A DNA stretch of 64,000 bases from an uncultured delta proteobacterium. GTDB lineage: Bacteria; Desulfobacterota; Desulfobacteria; Desulfobacterales; QNYZ01. Positions 62,452-64,000 of this stretch are shown here, one piece after another. The DNA is taken from assembly GCA_963845145.1 (NCBI GenBank), contig CAWJQU010000008.1:1-64000 (forward strand), written 5' to 3'. Under the pieces are notes generated by a model that made no database searches, was not told the origin of the DNA, and saw only the letters and a program-made list of their open reading frames with translations. The translations under genes and the position numbers were made by a program. How positions within the stretch are numbered: the first letter of the stretch is position 1; each line of letters begins with the position of its first letter.

Positions 62452-63600
62452 ATGGCCACAACATTTAATTTTGACAAACCGATCAAGCGCCGAAATACAT
62501 CCTCTTTGAAATGGGACCGCTATCAGGACCCGAACATCCTGCCCATGTGGGTGGCGGATATGGATTTCGAATCGCCGCCCCAGGTGATAGAAGCGCTGCA
62601 TCGCCGGGTGGATCATGGCGTTTTCGGCTACTCCCGGCCACCGGAGGCGTTAAAGGAAAGTACGCTGGCCATGTTGAAAACCCGGTACAACTGGACAGTA
62701 AAACCTCACTGGCTGGTCTGGCTTCCCGGACTGGTCACCGGCATCAATGTCACGTGCCGGGCCATTGGGGAAAATGGCGATAACGTCATGACCACAATAC
62801 CGGCGTATCCCCCATTTCTAGAAACACCGGAACTTCATAAACGCACCTTGACCGCCGTGCCCCTGGCAGAAAACCCAAACGAGTGGGCTATCGATTTCGA
62901 CAGACTAGAACAGATGGTTACCCCTCAAACGCGCCTGTTTATTCTGTGCAGTCCCTACAATCCCGTCGGCCGCGTGCTTAACCGCCAGGAGTTGGCAAGG
63001 CTCGTCACCTTTTGCGAAAAACACGATCTGATCCTCTGTTCCGATGAGATTCACTGCGATCTGATCCTCGATACGTCTAAAACCCATCTGCCCACAGCCC
63101 TTTTGAGCCCTGAAGCCGCCGACCGAACGATCACCCTGATGGCGCCCAGCAAGACCTATAATATCGCCGGCCTGGGATGCTCGTTTGCCGTTATTTCCAA
63201 TGCCACTTTGCGCAAACGCTTCAAGCGGGCTATGGCGGGTATTGTCCCGGATGTCAATATCCTTGCCTTTTGGGCAGCCGACGCCGCCTACCGCCACGGT
63301 GAATCCTGGCGACGGGCCCTGATTGCGTATCTTCGCGAAAACCGCGACAGGGTTATCCGTGAGGTTAAAAAAATGCCGGGGCTTGATATCAAGCCGATCG
63401 AAGCCACCCACCTGGCCTGGATCGATACCCGGCGGGCAAATATTGAGGCCCCTGCCGCATTTTTTGAAAATGCAGGGGTCGGCTTAAATGACGGTTGGGA
63501 TTTCGGGACGCCGGGGTTTGTCCGGCTCAACTTCGGTTGTCCCCGTGCCACCCTTGATATCGGGCTGGCCCGTATGGCTGCGGCCATGGCTACCCTATAA
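62452..63600 (+). CDS. patB: MalY/PatB-family PLP-dependent C-S lyase
   Basis: SLKWD, PMWVADMDF, SDEIHCD, APSKTYNIAG and RLNFGCPR; ATG 62452. Confidence 0.92.
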   Translation: MATTFNFDKPIKRRNTSSLKWDRYQDPNILPMWVADMDFESPPQVIEALHRRVDHGVFGYSRPPEALKESTLAMLKTRYNWTVKPHWLVWLPGLVTGINVTCRAIGENGDNVMTTIPAYPPFLETPELHKRTLTAVPLAENPNEWAIDFDRLEQMVTPQTRLFILCSPYNPVGRVLNRQELARLVTFCEKHDLILCSDEIHCDLILDTSKTHLPTALLSPEAADRTITLMAPSKTYNIAGLGCSFAVISNATLRKRFKRAMAGIVPDVNILAFWAADAAYRHGESWRRALIAYLRENRDRVIREVKKMPGLDIKPIEATHLAWIDTRRANIEAPAAFFENAGVGLNDGWDFGTPGFVRLNFGCPRATLDIGLARMAAAMATL

Positions 63601-63638
63601 GGTAGAAAACATAAGGTCGGATAAAAAACGAGGTCCCT

Positions 63639-64000
63639 ATGACAAATAGCCATTCGACATATGCGGAACTTGACAGGCCCGATGTATCGACACGCCTTTT
63701 TCATCCCCGCAAGGATCCGCCTCATTCGCCCCTGGGACCGGGCCGGGATGTCACCATCCCCGTATCGGGAGATGCCCAAATAAACGGTCGCTTTCATTGG
63801 GTTCAGGCCGATGGGCCGACCTTCCTCTATTTCCACGGCAACGGAGAGATCGTTTCGGATTATGATGACCTGGGCCCGATTTATAATGCCCTGGGCATCA
63901 ACTTATTCGTTGTGGATTATCGGGGCTACGGCCGATCCAGCGGCAACCCCTCCGTCTCGTCCATGATGCAGGATTGCCACACGATCTTTGGTTATACCCT
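63639..64000 (+). CDS. Alpha/beta hydrolase, 3' end outside window
   Basis: Manual translation includes LFHPR, LYFHGNGEIVSDYDD and VDYRGYGRSSG.P. Confidence 0.85.
   Translation, partial: MTNSHSTYAELDRPDVSTRLFHPRKDPPHSPLGPGRDVTIPVSGDAQINGRFHWVQADGPTFLYFHGNGEIVSDYDDLGPIYNALGINLFVVDYRGYGRSSGNPSVSSMMQDCHTIFGYT

Noticed and set aside
1..64000. CRISPR arrays, rRNA, reverse transcriptase or prophage structural genes
   Set aside because: No regularly spaced repeats or matching motifs seen on either strand

Overview
Chromosomal window most consistent with a sulfate-reducing deltaproteobacterium (Desulfobacterales-like; inferred from gene content). Core blocks are an adenylate cyclase plus glgP (1-3.8 kb), aat-clpA-clpS-secA-M23-folD-argC-cooC (42-52.6 kb) and tRNA-Leu, ribF-def-fmt-rsmB-patB (58-64 kb). 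Many core genes carry small indels, most likely uncorrected long-read errors. Two accessory regions are visibly more AT-rich. (1) 3.9-41.9 kb holds an 18-kb catabolic cluster in two divergent arms around a sigma-54 activator. Both arms have a -24/-12 promoter and a near-identical 17-bp palindromic enhancer, and both C-C-cleaving enzymes have non-canonical active-site motifs. It is followed by a mosaic of small genes interleaved with 3' stumps of other genes, an RND pump whose TolC carries an N-terminal binding-protein domain, and an orphan solute-binding protein plus chemoreceptor behind a near-perfect sigma-28 promoter. (2) 53.3-58 kb, next to tRNA-Leu, holds tandem paralogues of unknown function, a decayed attC/cassette remnant, an IS1182/IS5-like element and a DUF6516/HTH pair apparently separated from its operator by the IS. 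No CRISPR array or rRNA was seen. Family assignments are from motif recognition by eye, not database searches.
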